Below, piece by piece: positions 47,717 through 59,112 of a DNA stretch of 64,000 nucleotides (positions are counted from its first letter, which is position 1; each line of letters begins with the position of its first letter). Source of the stretch: an uncultured Verrucomicrobiae bacterium. GTDB taxonomy: Bacteria > Verrucomicrobiota > Verrucomicrobiia > Limisphaerales > Palsa-1400. The stretch is taken from positions 576,001 through 640,000 of the forward strand of contig CAVPOM010000006.1 in the NCBI GenBank assembly GCA_963707025.1, written 5' to 3'. The notes below the pieces were generated by a model, which had not been told where the DNA came from, searched no databases, and saw only the letters and a list, made by a program, of their open reading frames with translations. The position numbers and the translations under genes were made by a program.

Positions 47717-48508
47717 ATGGCGGCATCCCCGACAACCCAACCGCTGCTGCGCCTGGAGGATTGCACCCTCCGCTTCGGCGGGCTGACCGCGGTGGCGGCG
47801 TTGCAGGCCCGCATCGGGCAGAGGGACCTGGTCGGCTTGATCGGCCCCAATGGCGCGGGAAAAACCACCGTTTTTAATCTCATCACCGGCGTCTATCAGC
47901 CGGCGGCGGGCCGGATCGAATTTTGCGGGGAATCCATCGTGGGGAAAAAGCCGTGGCAGATCACGGCTTGCGGCATCGCGCGCACCTTTCAAAACATCCG
48001 GCTGTTTTCCTCGTTGACCGTGTTTGACAACGTGCGGGTGGCGTTTCACCTCCATTTGTTGCAGGGCATCGGCCACGCCCTCTGGCGCGGGGCGGCCTTC
48101 TGGCGCGAGGAAAAAGAGATCGCCGGCCAAGTGATGGAGATGCTGGAGATCTTTCAGTTGCATAAATTTCGCCACGCCCCGGCCCGCAGCCTGCCTTACG
48201 GGGACCAGCGCCGGCTGGAGATTGTGCGCGCCCTGGCCACGCGCCCGAAGTTGCTGCTGCTGGACGAACCGGCGGCGGGGATGAACCCGACGGAGAAAGT
48301 CGAGTTGATGAAGCTGATCCAGTTTGTGGAGGAGAAGTATAAAATTTCCGTGCTGCTGGTGGAGCACGACATGCAGGTGGTGATGGGCATCTGCCGGCGC
48401 ATCATGGTGTTGGATTACGGCGTGAAAATTGCCGAAGGAACGCCCGGGGAAGTGCGCGCCAATCCGAAGGTGATCGAAGCGTATCTGGGCCAGGTGCCCG
48501 CCCCATAA
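47717..48508 (+). CDS. livG: Branched-chain amino acid ABC ATPase
   Basis: FGGLTAV, GPNGAGKTT, RTFQNIRLF, LLLDEPAAGMN. Confidence 0.93.
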   Translation: MAASPTTQPLLRLEDCTLRFGGLTAVAALQARIGQRDLVGLIGPNGAGKTTVFNLITGVYQPAAGRIEFCGESIVGKKPWQITACGIARTFQNIRLFSSLTVFDNVRVAFHLHLLQGIGHALWRGAAFWREEKEIAGQVMEMLEIFQLHKFRHAPARSLPYGDQRRLEIVRALATRPKLLLLDEPAAGMNPTEKVELMKLIQFVEEKYKISVLLVEHDMQVVMGICRRIMVLDYGVKIAEGTPGEVRANPKVIEAYLGQVPAP

Positions 48509-48514
48509 GCCGCC

Positions 48515-49219
48515 ATGCTGTCCATTAAGAATCTTACGGTCCATTACGGCGCCATCACCGCCCTGCGGGGCATTTCCCTGGAGGTGCCGCAGGGGCAAAT
48601 TGTCACCTTGCTCGGGGCCAACGGGGCCGGCAAGACGACCACCTTGCGGGCCATCTCCGGTCTGATCAAAACCCAGGGGCGGATTGTTTATGACGGGCAC
48701 GACATCGCCAACGGCGCGCCCCACCAAATTGTGGCGGCGGGCCTTTCCCATGTGCCGGAGGGGCGGATGGTCTTTGCCAATTTGACGGTGGCGGAGAACC
48801 TGGAGATGGGCGCTTATTTGCAGAAGAACCCGGCGGACATCCGGGCCAGCCGCGAGATGGTGCTGGGTCTTTTTCCCCGGCTGGGCGAGCGGCAGAAGCA
48901 GAGGGCCGGCACGCTGAGCGGGGGCGAACAACAGATGCTGGCCATCGGGCGGGCCTTGATGAGCCGGCCGAAGTTCTTGATGCTGGACGAGCCGTCGCTG
49001 GGCCTGGCGCCGATTTTGGTCAAAACTATTTTTGAAAAGATCGTGGAGATCAACCAGCGCCAGGGCGTGACCATCCTGCTGGTGGAGCAGAACGCCAACC
49101 TGGCCCTGGAAGTGGCCCGTTACGGCTATGTGCTCGAAACCGGCCGCATCCTGCTGGAAGACGCCTCCGCCGCCTTGCGTCAGAACCCCAAGGTGCGCGC
49201 CGCCTATCTGGGGGGGTAG
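48515..49219 (+). CDS. livF: Branched-chain amino acid ABC ATPase
   Basis: GANGAGKTT, VPEGR, LSGGEQQMLAIGRAL, LDEPSLGLAP. Confidence 0.94.
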   Translation: MLSIKNLTVHYGAITALRGISLEVPQGQIVTLLGANGAGKTTTLRAISGLIKTQGRIVYDGHDIANGAPHQIVAAGLSHVPEGRMVFANLTVAENLEMGAYLQKNPADIRASREMVLGLFPRLGERQKQRAGTLSGGEQQMLAIGRALMSRPKFLMLDEPSLGLAPILVKTIFEKIVEINQRQGVTILLVEQNANLALEVARYGYVLETGRILLEDASAALRQNPKVRAAYLGG

Positions 49220-49358
49220 GATAGGTTGCGCATTAATTCCTGGCTTAAATGAGTGTTATTGGTATGTTTGCGTTTATGAACCGGGAACGCGGATCGCGGG
49301 CCTTTCGCCTCCGCGCCGGTGGTTCCATGCGCGGGTGAACAAAGCCTGTTGATGCGCC

Positions 49359-52054
49359 ATGCCGCTGATTTGTTTGAACTGCAAGCGCCTGCGGCCTGCC
49401 AGCCTGCTGATGCTGGCATGGCTGGTGGGTTCGGACCTCGCCCCGGCCCAAACCAATCGGACCTGGATCGGCTCCGTCAGCAGCGATTGGTTTAATGCCA
49501 CCAACTGGACGCCCGCCGGTGTCCCGGCGTCCAACGACGTCGTCAACTTCACCAACGGCACCCTCGCCCTGACCGCGCCGGTCACGATCAACGGCCAGTT
49601 TAACTGGACTGGGGGAACGTTGAGCGGGAATCCCTTGACGATTGCGACCAATGGGCTGATGACCGTCAGTGGCAGCGCCACCCTCTTCCTGGAGAATTCG
49701 CTGACCAACGCGGGGACGGTGGTGATGACCAACAGCGGCAGGCTGGAGGTGAGCTATGCCAGCGTTTTCGGCTATTTCGGGCTGATCGAGAACCTGCCGG
49801 GCGCGCTGTGGGACATCCAGAACGACCAGGTTATGACCCCTTACTACGCCGGTCCGGCCTATTTCCACAACGCCGGCATACTGCGCAAATCGGGCCAGTC
49901 CGGCGCGACCACGATCTACGTCCCCTTCAACAACTCCGGCAGTGTGACGGCGCTGCAGGGCATGCTGGATTTCAATGGCGGCGGGACGCTGGCCGGGACC
50001 TTCACTGCCAGCAATGCGGCCTCCATCCTTTTTTCCGGAGGCGAGTTCACCAACTCCGTGCCGGCCACTGTCAGCGGGCCGGGTGTCGTCCAGTCCTGGG
50101 GGACAATCTGACCCTGCTGACGGATGTGATACCGAATCTGCCGATGGTGAACGGCAATCTCATTCTGGGCCCGGGTTTCCAAGGCGGCACCATCACCGAT
50201 CTGACCCTGGCCGGGTCCACGCTCTTGAGCACCAACACCGTCACGGGCGCCTTCACCTGGAGCGCCGGCACACTGGCCGGTCCACTGAACATCGCCACCA
50301 ATGCGCTGCTGACCATCACTGGCAGTGCCACCCATTACATGGACAATCCGCTGACCAACGCGGGGACGGTGGTCATGACCAACAGCGGCGGCCTGATCGT
50401 GAGCTACTCCAGCGGTGCGGGCTATTTCGGTGTGATCGAGAACCTGCCGGGCGCGCTGTGGGACATCCAGAACGATCAGAGCATTTCCCCTTACTACCTC
50501 GGGCCGGCCTATTTCCACAACGCCGGCACTCTCCTCAAATCGGGCCACACCGGAACGACCACGATCTACGTCCCCTTCAACAACTCCGGCAGTGTGACGG
50601 CGCTGCAAGGCACGCTGGATTTCAATGGCGGCGGGACGCTGGCCGGAACCTTCACTGCCAGCAATGCGGCCTCCATCCTTTTTTCCGGAGGCGATTTCAC
50701 CAACTCCGTGCCGACGACGATGAGCGGGCCGGGTGTGGTGCGGTTGACGGGAGGCACTCTGACGCTGCTGACGGATGAGATAGCCAATTTGCCGCTGGTT
50801 AACGGCAACCTCATTCTGGGCCCCGGCTTCCAAGGCGGCACCATCACCAATCTGACCCTTTCCGGGTCCATGCTCGTGAGCACCAACACTGTCACGGGCG
50901 CCTTCACCTGGATGGCCGGCACGCTGGCCGCTCCCCTGACCATCGCGAGCAATGGGCTGCTGACTCTCGGCGGCAGCGCCACCCATTACCTGGAGAATAC
51001 GCTGACCAACGCTGGGACGGTGGTCATGACCAACAGCGGCGGCCTGGTCACGAGCTACCTCGCCTCTTTCGGCTATTTCGGGCTGATCGAGAACCTGCCG
51101 GGCGCGCTGTGGGACCTCCAGAACGACCAGAGCATCTATAACAACGAACTCGGTCCGGCCTATTTCCACAATGCCGGCACTCTCCTCAAATCGGGCCAGA
51201 CCGGCGCGACCACATTCTACATCCCCTTTACCAACTCCGGCACGGTGACGGTTCTAAAGGGGACGGTGGCGTGGAACGGCGGTTTTACTCCGGCGGGCGG
51301 CGAACTCCTTTTTGGTTTGAGCGGTCCGGCCAGCTTCGGGCAGATGAGTATTTCGGGCAATGCGACCCTGGGCGGCACTGTGGGCGTGATTTGGCTTAAT
51401 GGATTTGTGCCGGCCAGCGGCAATTCATTTCCCGTGCTCAACTACGGCTCGTACACCGGGATTTTTACCAATACAGATCTTCCCACCGCGGCTCTGTGGC
51501 AAACCAATTACGGCCCCACTACCTTTACCATCTCCGTCGCCACCATCAACAAGCTGGTCTTCACCACCGAACCAATGGGAGGGAAGCTGACCAATGAGGT
51601 CCTGGCGCCGGTGGTGGTGCAGGTCGAAGACCCCGCCGGCAACCCGGTGGCGACCAATGGCCTGGCGGTGACGCTTTCCTTGGCCAGCGGCAGCGGCCAA
51701 TTGAGCGGGACGCTGACTCAGAACACCGACCCCGCCGGCCAGGCCACCTTCAGCGATCTGAGCATTAGTCTGGTTGGGGCAAAAACACTTCGCGCTTCGT
51801 CACCGGAGTTGACGGCGGGGGCGAGCACGGTGTTTGGGATTGTGCCTCTAATCGGAACACTCTGGACGCGCAACGGTATCGAGCTGCAGTTAAATGGCAC
51901 GAACAGTCTGGGATCCACCATCATCTACGCTTCCACGGACCTGAGTTCCTGGACACCCATTTACACCAATGCGCCCACCAATGGCGTCATCACATTTCTC
52001 GATCCTGCTTCGACGAATTTCCCGCGGCGGTTTTATTACATCGAGCAGCCGTGA
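49359..52054 (+). CDS. Secreted beta-helix-like repeat protein with ~217-aa internal repeats; one apparent 1-nt deletion near 50094 (about 898 aa if corrected)
   Basis: Signal peptide; W..A.NWTP.GVP...D.V; repeat anchors at 49791, 50441 and 51092 (spacing 650 then 651). Confidence 0.8.
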
Positions 52055-52216
52055 CCACAGCGTTGACCTCCGGTCAAGCCGCCGCGAATTGTTGAAGCCG
52101 GCACCATGCCCGCCCCAATCATTCGCCCTCGCCTCGGCCCACCATGAGGCGATCAAGCTGCGCAAGCGGCTCATACTCCGGCCCTTGCCAAAACCCGCAT
52201 TTTTCCGCATTTTTCG

Positions 52217-52244
52217 TTGACAAAACTGCCTTAAATGCTAAAAT
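52217..52244 (+). promoter_or_regulatory. Putative sigma70 promoter
   Basis: TTGACA-16 nt-TAAAAT with extended TG. Confidence 0.55.
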
Positions 52245-52528
52245 GCGAGCGGTGAGGATGGGCAAGGCAACAGTGGAATCAGACGGCGACGGGACCAAGA
52301 CGGGCTTCCCCCATTTATCCCATGCCACTTGCCGCGCCGCCCCGCCAACTCCCGCCGCTGCATCGTCCGGCGGCTGCTCCCAATTCCGCTAAAGTCCCGC
52401 CCCAAAGCGTCCGTTGATAATGGGAGGAAGCGCGCTTGGGCGCGATTGGCTGTTTCCACAACCGCCGGTTTGCGCCGGCGGGCTGTCCTGCTTTGTCGCA
52501 GCGCAGAGCAAAGGCAGGGGCCTGTCAA

Positions 52529-54247
52529 ATGAAGAGTTTATATGCATGCAAATTCTGCCTGGCGCTGGCGGCTGTGCTTTCGATGACCGTCCGCGACGCG
52601 CCCGCTGCCAACATCGTGGCGTTATATACCTTCACCAATACACTGCCGGGCGGCGTGGATGGCGGCACTCCGTTGGGGGGTCTGATTCAGGCCGGCAACG
52701 GGGTTCTTTACGGAACCACCGCCAACGGGGGGAGCAACAATGGGTACGGGACGCTTTTCAAGATCACGACCAACGGCGTTTTCACCCCTTTGTACACGTT
52801 CAACGGCCTTGCCAGCGATGGCAGCACACCCTGCGCCGGCCTGTTGCAAGGGACCAACGGCAACTTTTATGGCGCCGCTTCCCAGGGTGGATCCAACGGT
52901 TATGGATCGGTCTTCAAACTCACTTCCGCCGGCGCGTTCACCGAGTTGTACGGCTTCACGCGGATACGCGGCATCAACCTGACCAATGCCGATGGCGCAA
53001 ATCCCGCCGCGCCTTTGGTCCAGGGAACCAACGGCAATTTTTACGACACCGGCCCGCAGGGCGGGACCAACGGCAATGGGGCGATCTTCGAGATCACGGC
53101 CGCCGGCGCGTTGAGCAGGCTGCATTCCTTCACCAACGCCGCGGAAGGCCAGAATCCGGGCGCGCTGTTGCAAAGCGCCAATGGTTTGATTTACGGAACG
53201 ACGACCAACGGCGGGAGCAACGGCTGCGGGACGATCTTCAAGATGACCTCCAGCGGAGTATTGACACCTCTCTACTCGTTCACCAACGGCGTGGACGGGG
53301 CGCATCCCGGACCCGCCTTGGTGCAAGCCACCAACGGAGTTCTTTACGGGACAGCCTGCGCCGGCGGCGCCAACGGTTGCGGCACGATTTTTCAAATCAC
53401 CACCAACGGAGCTTTCACGCCCTTGTATTCCTTTGCGCCCAACGGGCAGGCGGGACCGGGACTGGCCACCAATGCTGACGGACTCTATCCCGGCAGCCTG
53501 GTGCAAGGCACGGGTGGAACCTTCTATGGCTTCGCCCAGTTCGGAGGATTGAACGGCACCGGAACCTTGTTCCAGTTCAGTACGTCCGGGGGTCTGACCG
53601 TGCTCTATACGTTCCCGGTCGGATCACTGGGCATGAACGGCGTGACGAACCTCGAGGGCGCCGATCCTGCCGGCATCGTGCTGGACACCAATGGGACAAT
53701 CTATGGGACCACGCGGACGGGCGGGGCCAATGGTTTTGGCACCGTCTTCCAAATGGGGTTGCCGCCGCAGATCCTCAGCCAGCCGGCCAATCTTTTCCTG
53801 GCCTTGGGCAGCACGGCCAAGTTTGCCATGACCGCGTCGGTCCCGGCTTGCCAGTGGCAATTCAGCGGCGCCGACATTCCGAATGCCACCAACCTGACCG
53901 TGACCAATTTCAACATTCAAATTTCCAATGCCGGCCCCTACCAGGCAGTGCTGTGCAATGCGTTCGGGTCGGTGACCAGTGCGGTGGCCTGCCTGAACAT
54001 TACCAATGTGCCCGTTTCTTTTGCGACCGGCGCGGGAGCCATGCAATCTGGCGGGGGCCAGTGCAGCCTTTTGCTCACCAACTTGACAGGGCAGGGGACG
54101 GTGGTGGTAGATGCCTCTGCCGATTTGAAGGCCTGGATACCGATCCTGACCAACCCGCCGGCTTTTGGCCAATGGCCCTGCACGGATTGGGCCGCGGGAG
54201 GGTGTTCGAACCGATTCTATCGCGCCCGCGTCATCCCGGCACCCTGA
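52529..54247 (+). CDS. Secreted GloVer-type tandem repeat protein with Ig domain
   Basis: Seven DG..P...L.Q..NG..YGT...GG....GT.F.I.......LY.F repeats; PP.I..QP Ig domain. Confidence 0.8.
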   Translation: MKSLYACKFCLALAAVLSMTVRDAPAANIVALYTFTNTLPGGVDGGTPLGGLIQAGNGVLYGTTANGGSNNGYGTLFKITTNGVFTPLYTFNGLASDGSTPCAGLLQGTNGNFYGAASQGGSNGYGSVFKLTSAGAFTELYGFTRIRGINLTNADGANPAAPLVQGTNGNFYDTGPQGGTNGNGAIFEITAAGALSRLHSFTNAAEGQNPGALLQSANGLIYGTTTNGGSNGCGTIFKMTSSGVLTPLYSFTNGVDGAHPGPALVQATNGVLYGTACAGGANGCGTIFQITTNGAFTPLYSFAPNGQAGPGLATNADGLYPGSLVQGTGGTFYGFAQFGGLNGTGTLFQFSTSGGLTVLYTFPVGSLGMNGVTNLEGADPAGIVLDTNGTIYGTTRTGGANGFGTVFQMGLPPQILSQPANLFLALGSTAKFAMTASVPACQWQFSGADIPNATNLTVTNFNIQISNAGPYQAVLCNAFGSVTSAVACLNITNVPVSFATGAGAMQSGGGQCSLLLTNLTGQGTVVVDASADLKAWIPILTNPPAFGQWPCTDWAAGGCSNRFYRARVIPAP

Positions 54248-54384
54248 AAGGCGCCGCCCGGCGGAAGCGGGGCGCCGCCTTAAGCCGGGTAGGGTATTTG
54301 CCTACCAACGATATCGGAAACTCCCTTGCAGACAAAACTTTGCAAGAGAGTAGGCTGGAGACGCAGTAGAGTTAGTTTTCATGG

Positions 54385-54411
54385 GGCGCCCCGGGTGGGG
54401 CGCCTTTCTTT
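54385..54411 (+). terminator. Putative intrinsic terminator
   Basis: GGCGCCCC-GGGT-GGGGCGCC followed by TTTCTTT. Confidence 0.55.
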
Positions 54412-54556
54412 GTGCCCTGAGTCGCGGTGAAATTTCTCTTTGCCCGCCTTGACGGGTGATCCTGTGGCGGCCGGCTGGCTGGCCGCGCCGGTTGGTTCGG
54501 CCACAGCCTGACCGGCGGAAGAGGTTTGGCGGCGGCGGAAGCCGGGCCGAGGCGGA

Positions 54557-55867
54557 TCAATTGGTTTGCGCCTGGGACACAGTCAAGAAGTTTTCCACCT
54601 GGTCCATCACCACCGTGTCGTTGAATTTCTCCAAGACCTCGGCCTGGGCGGTTTCGGCCATTTGACAGCGGAGGGCAGGGGAGACTTGCAGTTCCTGCAT
54701 GCGGGCGGCCAATTGAGTGGCATCGCCGGGCGGATAGGTCAGGGCGTTCTCGCCGTGATGCAACAATTCCTCCGCCCCGCCAGCGGTCGAGCCGATGACG
54801 GGCAACCCGCAGGCCATGGCTTCCAAGGGAGTGAGCGGGAACGGCTCGGCCCATTCCGGGGTGTGCAGCAGGACGTCATGCCGTTTATAGACCGCCGTCA
54901 TATCCATGTTCAAACTTGAGGCCGGCAGAAATTCCACCGGCAACTGGTTGCTCACCACAAAGGAGCGCAGCGTGGCGACATAACTGGATTCGCCGCGGCC
55001 GTAAATATGAAAGGTGACATTGAGCCTGGCGGCGCGGGCGAGCTTGAGCGCCTGGAGGGCCGTCAGCACGCCGCTTTCCTCGTTCAAGCGGCTGACGATG
55101 AGGAATTTCTTCATGGGAGCGCCGGCCGGCTTGATCTGGCCGACAAAGGCCCCGGTAATGCCGGGATAGATCACCTCGGTGTGACTGACGGCGAAGCCCG
55201 CCCGCCCGGTCAGTTGCTTGAGCGCCTGGCTGCAAAAGTACATCCGGTCGAAGCGAAAGGCGGTGATGGAATCGGGGGCCACGGCGGCGCGGGCTTGGGC
55301 ATCTCCGTAGAGAGCCGGGATGCGGTCGTAACCTTTCATCATGCGGGTGGGCGCGGTCGAATCCAGCCGGCCCCGTTCGCCGCTCATCTCCAGGGCGGCG
55401 CGCCCGGATTGTTCGAGGAAGGGGAGGGAGGGCGCGTTCCAATAGCGCAGCCAGGGATCCTCCCGGACGCCGGTGGAGAGCCAGTGATCAGCAACGGCAT
55501 AAGCCACCGGCACCCGCGCATTGCGCAGAGTGAAAATCAGCGACTTGGAGAGCCTGTGGAGGCTGAAGACATGGACAATCTCCGGTTGAAACGCCGTGAT
55601 GGTTTCCAACAGCATCTGCGAGTTGTGAATCTCCTGCGCCCGGAGCGGCAGGATGGCGGTGACTTTGGGCGCATCGTAAGCGCCATTGAGGAGCAAACAG
55701 CGGTGGATCTCCCCGTCGCGTTGTTCGCCGCGCAGCCCCTGGGTGGAGGTCAGCACCAGGACGGTGTGGCCGCGCGTGCGCAAGGCCTGGACCACGCTTT
55801 GGCAATGAGTGTCAAACGTGCCCGCGTGATGCGGCGGGTACAAATTGGTCAGCGCCAGGATCTTCAC
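54557..55867 (-). CDS. Glycosyltransferase family 4
   Basis: N.YPP...G, EPF.L..LEAMACGLPVI, GG..E...G.N. Confidence 0.85.
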   Translation of the reverse strand: MKILALTNLYPPHHAGTFDTHCQSVVQALRTRGHTVLVLTSTQGLRGEQRDGEIHRCLLLNGAYDAPKVTAILPLRAQEIHNSQMLLETITAFQPEIVHVFSLHRLSKSLIFTLRNARVPVAYAVADHWLSTGVREDPWLRYWNAPSLPFLEQSGRAALEMSGERGRLDSTAPTRMMKGYDRIPALYGDAQARAAVAPDSITAFRFDRMYFCSQALKQLTGRAGFAVSHTEVIYPGITGAFVGQIKPAGAPMKKFLIVSRLNEESGVLTALQALKLARAARLNVTFHIYGRGESSYVATLRSFVVSNQLPVEFLPASSLNMDMTAVYKRHDVLLHTPEWAEPFPLTPLEAMACGLPVIGSTAGGAEELLHHGENALTYPPGDATQLAARMQELQVSPALRCQMAETAQAEVLEKFNDTVVMDQVENFLTVSQAQTN

Positions 55868-55939
55868 GTCAGCAGCAGGGTGCAAAATGCCGGCGCAAGA
55901 GTAAATGAAGAATGCAGCCAACCGGCGGTGCAGGGCGAG

Positions 55940-57330
55940 CTAGAACCCAACGTCCTCTCCCTTGGGCTTCAAACTGATGAGGTAGGCCACCATATCGTCC
56001 AGTTCGGCGTCCTTGATGACGGCGCCCCAGGCGGGCATGTAGAGGGGCGGCGGCGGGCGTTTTGGGTCAAGCGCGGGAATTTCGCGCTGGCCTTTCAGGA
56101 TGCGGTTTTTCAACTCCGCTTTCGTGTAGCCCTCGGCGACGCGAATCAAGCCCGGCACTTGTTCGGCGGTTTTGGCGTTCGGATTGGGCACGCCACCCTT
56201 GGCCTCGGCGCCGTGGCAGCCGGCGCAACCGTATTTGCGGTAGGTTTCGCGGCCGCGCTCCGCCGGATCCATCAACGAGGGCAAGCTGGACGCCAGGTTG
56301 CGTTCCCGCAGGTGCAGGAGAAACTCCGTCAGCGCGCGGGCTTCGGTTTCGGTGAAGCCAAATCTGGGCATGACCGAGCCGGGGGTGACGCTCTGGGGAT
56401 CGCGGAAATGCTGCAACATCCACTCCGGCGAGCGGCGCAGGCCCACATCGTCCAGCACCGGACCGACCTTGCCGCCCTGGCCGGCCGACGGTGTGGCAGC
56501 CAATGCAACCCTTTTGCTGGAATAAACGCTGGCCTTCGTCGGCGCTGGGGATGACTTTCATGGAAGCGTAATAGCCCGGCGCCGCTTCGCCGGTCAGGCT
56601 CAACATGAACAAAACAATCGCTTCGAGGTTCGTCTCGGAAAATTTCTGTGGCGGCATGGCGGAGCCGGGCGTGACGGCGGCGGGTGCCAGGAAATGTTTC
56701 TTCAGCCATTCCGGCGCGCGCCGCGTTCCGACCTTGTCGAGTTCCGGCCCGATGTTGCCGCCCGCGCCGCCGAGTTTGTGGCAGCCGCGGCAACCACTCG
56801 CCTCAAAGAGCTGCTGGCCCTGTGCCAGTTCCGGTGCGGCCGGATTGTCGGCCGCCTGGTGGCACTGGCCGCAGGAGGCCTGGATGTATTGCAACGGCAG
56901 CATGGGCTGATCCCAATGCGGCCACCGCGCCATGAGCGTCCGCCGTGGTGGTGGCGCGGCCCTGGCCGCGATGGCAGATGGTGCAGCCGAATTTTTCAAA
57001 GGGGTGCTGCTCGTGCTGGGGATGGTAGGCCAGGGGTTGCGGGTAGCCGCCGTAGCTGGGGTCTTCCACCGCCAGATGGCAGGTCGTGCAGCGATCCACC
57101 CGGTTGAGTTCCGGCAGGAGAATTTGCCGGACTTCGACCGGCGTGCTCTCGGCGATGGCTTTTTGCTGCGGTGTGACGGCCCGGCGAATTTCTTCCTGCA
57201 CGAATTTGCGCTGGTAATCCTTCCATTCGCGATACTCGTCCTTGTAGTAGCCCAGGACGACCAGTCCGCCGACCAGCAAGCCCAGGAAGGTGAACCATCC
57301 GTAAAACCTGAGCATGGCGCCGTGGTTCAT
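55940..57330 (-). CDS. Membrane-anchored hexaheme cytochrome c; apparent indels near 56925 and 56485
   Basis: N-terminal TM; CTTCH, CTICH, CGQCH, CRGCH, CIGCH and CAGCH across three joined frames; MP distal Met motifs in the last three domains. Confidence 0.85.
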
Positions 57331-57331
57331 G

Positions 57332-58623
57332 TCAGCGGCCTTCCGTCATGGCGGGCGGTTGCCGCCAAGGCTCTACCCAGCCCCAATTCGGTCCGCGGAA
57401 AAAGGTGCCGATGACGGTAAAGACAATGGCGGCCAGCAGGCAGATCGTGAAGATCGTGTTGGCCACCACCCGCTCGCGGGCAAACCAGCGGCCCACCCCC
57501 GCCCGTTGGCGGTCCAGGTAAGGCAGCAGCAGCAGCGCCGTCACCAGCAAGCCCGGGACGACCACCCCGCCCCAGAAGGCGGAATAGCTGACCAGTTCCT
57601 GCAGGCCGAGAAAGTACCACGGCGCCTTGGCCGGATTGGGCGGATGGATCGGGTTGGCAAATTCCTCCAGCGGCGCATTCCAAAAAATCGCCAGGAACAA
57701 CACCACCGCCGTCACCAGCAGGAACAGCAGAATCTCGCGAAAGACCAGATGCGGCCACGAGAACACTTCGTCCTCCGGGTTCTTGCCCACCTGCGGGGTG
57801 GTGCCGCGTGCCAGTTCCATCAGCCCGTAGCTCTTGTTCGTCGGCAACTGGCCGGTCGGAATTTGCTGCGACGACCTCGTCCGCTTCGTCCGGCCGCGAC
57901 AACCCGCCGTCCTTGCGCACGCGCCACAAATGAACCGCCACCATCAATACAGCCAGCGTCGGCAGCACGATCACATGCAGCGCGTAAAACCGGGTCAGCG
58001 CCTCCTGCCCGACCACGTTGCCGCCGAGCAAAACGATATTTCAGCTTCAGCCCGATGACCGGGGCGTAGCCGGCGATGTTCGTGCCGACGGTGATCGCCC
58101 AGAACGCCAGTTGATCCCACGGCAGCAGGTAACCCGTGAAACTCAGGCCCAGCGTCAGCAGAAAGAGTCCGACGCCGATGACCCAGTTGAATTCGCGCGG
58201 CCGTTTGTAAGCGCCGGTGTAAAAGACGCGGCACATGTGCAGCAGCACGAACAGCACCATCAGGTGCGCGGCCCAGCGATGCATGTTGCGGACGAGCAAT
58301 CCGGCGGAGACCACAAACTGCAAATCCTTCATGGTGTTGTAGGCGCTGGCGGTGCTCGGCACGTAATAAAACATCAGCAGCACGCCGGTGCCGATGAGGA
58401 TGAGGAACAGGTAGAGCGAAATCAGTCCCAGTCCGAGCGAGTAACCGGCCTTGAGGGAATGTTGGTGGACCTTGGCCGGCTGGAGGTGCAGCAGGAAACT
58501 GGAGGTCATGGCCTGCGACCGCTCCAGATTGCTCTGGGGCAGGCCGACGCGGAAGATGGAGCGGCCCACGCGCGTGCGCGCCAGTTTTTGCCAGAGGCGG
58601 GTGAGGAGGGGCGCGTTCATCAT
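57332..58623 (-). CDS. Cytochrome b6-like plus subunit IV-like region (one fused gene with indels near 58032 and 57865, or split)
   Basis: RNMHRW..H...[28 protein letters not shown]...[10 protein letters not shown]. Confidence 0.85.
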
Positions 58624-59112
58624 CAAGCTTTGGTCGGCAGAACCAGGTATTTGTCGGCGGCGACCGTGCTGATTTTTGTCCACCAGCAGCCGGTTGTCCT
58701 TGCTCAGCGTCACCTGAAACCAGGCCAGAGCGCGGGGCGCCGGCCCGCTTTTCACGCTGCCCTGGTCGTCAAAAACGCTGCCGTGACACGGGCAGTGATA
58801 GCCTTTTTCAGCGCGGTTGACCGTGCAGCCCAGGTGGGTGCAATTGGCCGAGAGGCAGCGGTAAGTGTTGCCCTGGCGAACCAGAAAAACCCGTTCCTCC
58901 TCCAGAAACGTCACCGAGCCATCGGGAAAATCATCCGGCTTGCCGGCCTTGAAAACCTGGCTCGGCTCGAAGAGCACGTTCGGCACCAGAAACCGCACCG
59001 CGCCGGCGGCGGACAGGGCCATGGCGAAGGTGCCGGCCAGCCAGCCGAGGGTGAGCTGGAAAAATCCGCGGCGCGAAACGCCGTTTTGGCCTGGGGGCGT
59101 GGCAGGGTTCAT
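58623..59112 (-). CDS. Rieske 2Fe-2S protein; apparent extra A near 58675
   Basis: Tat motif SRRGFF + TM; CTHLGC and CPCHGS; GPAPR.L. Confidence 0.92.
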
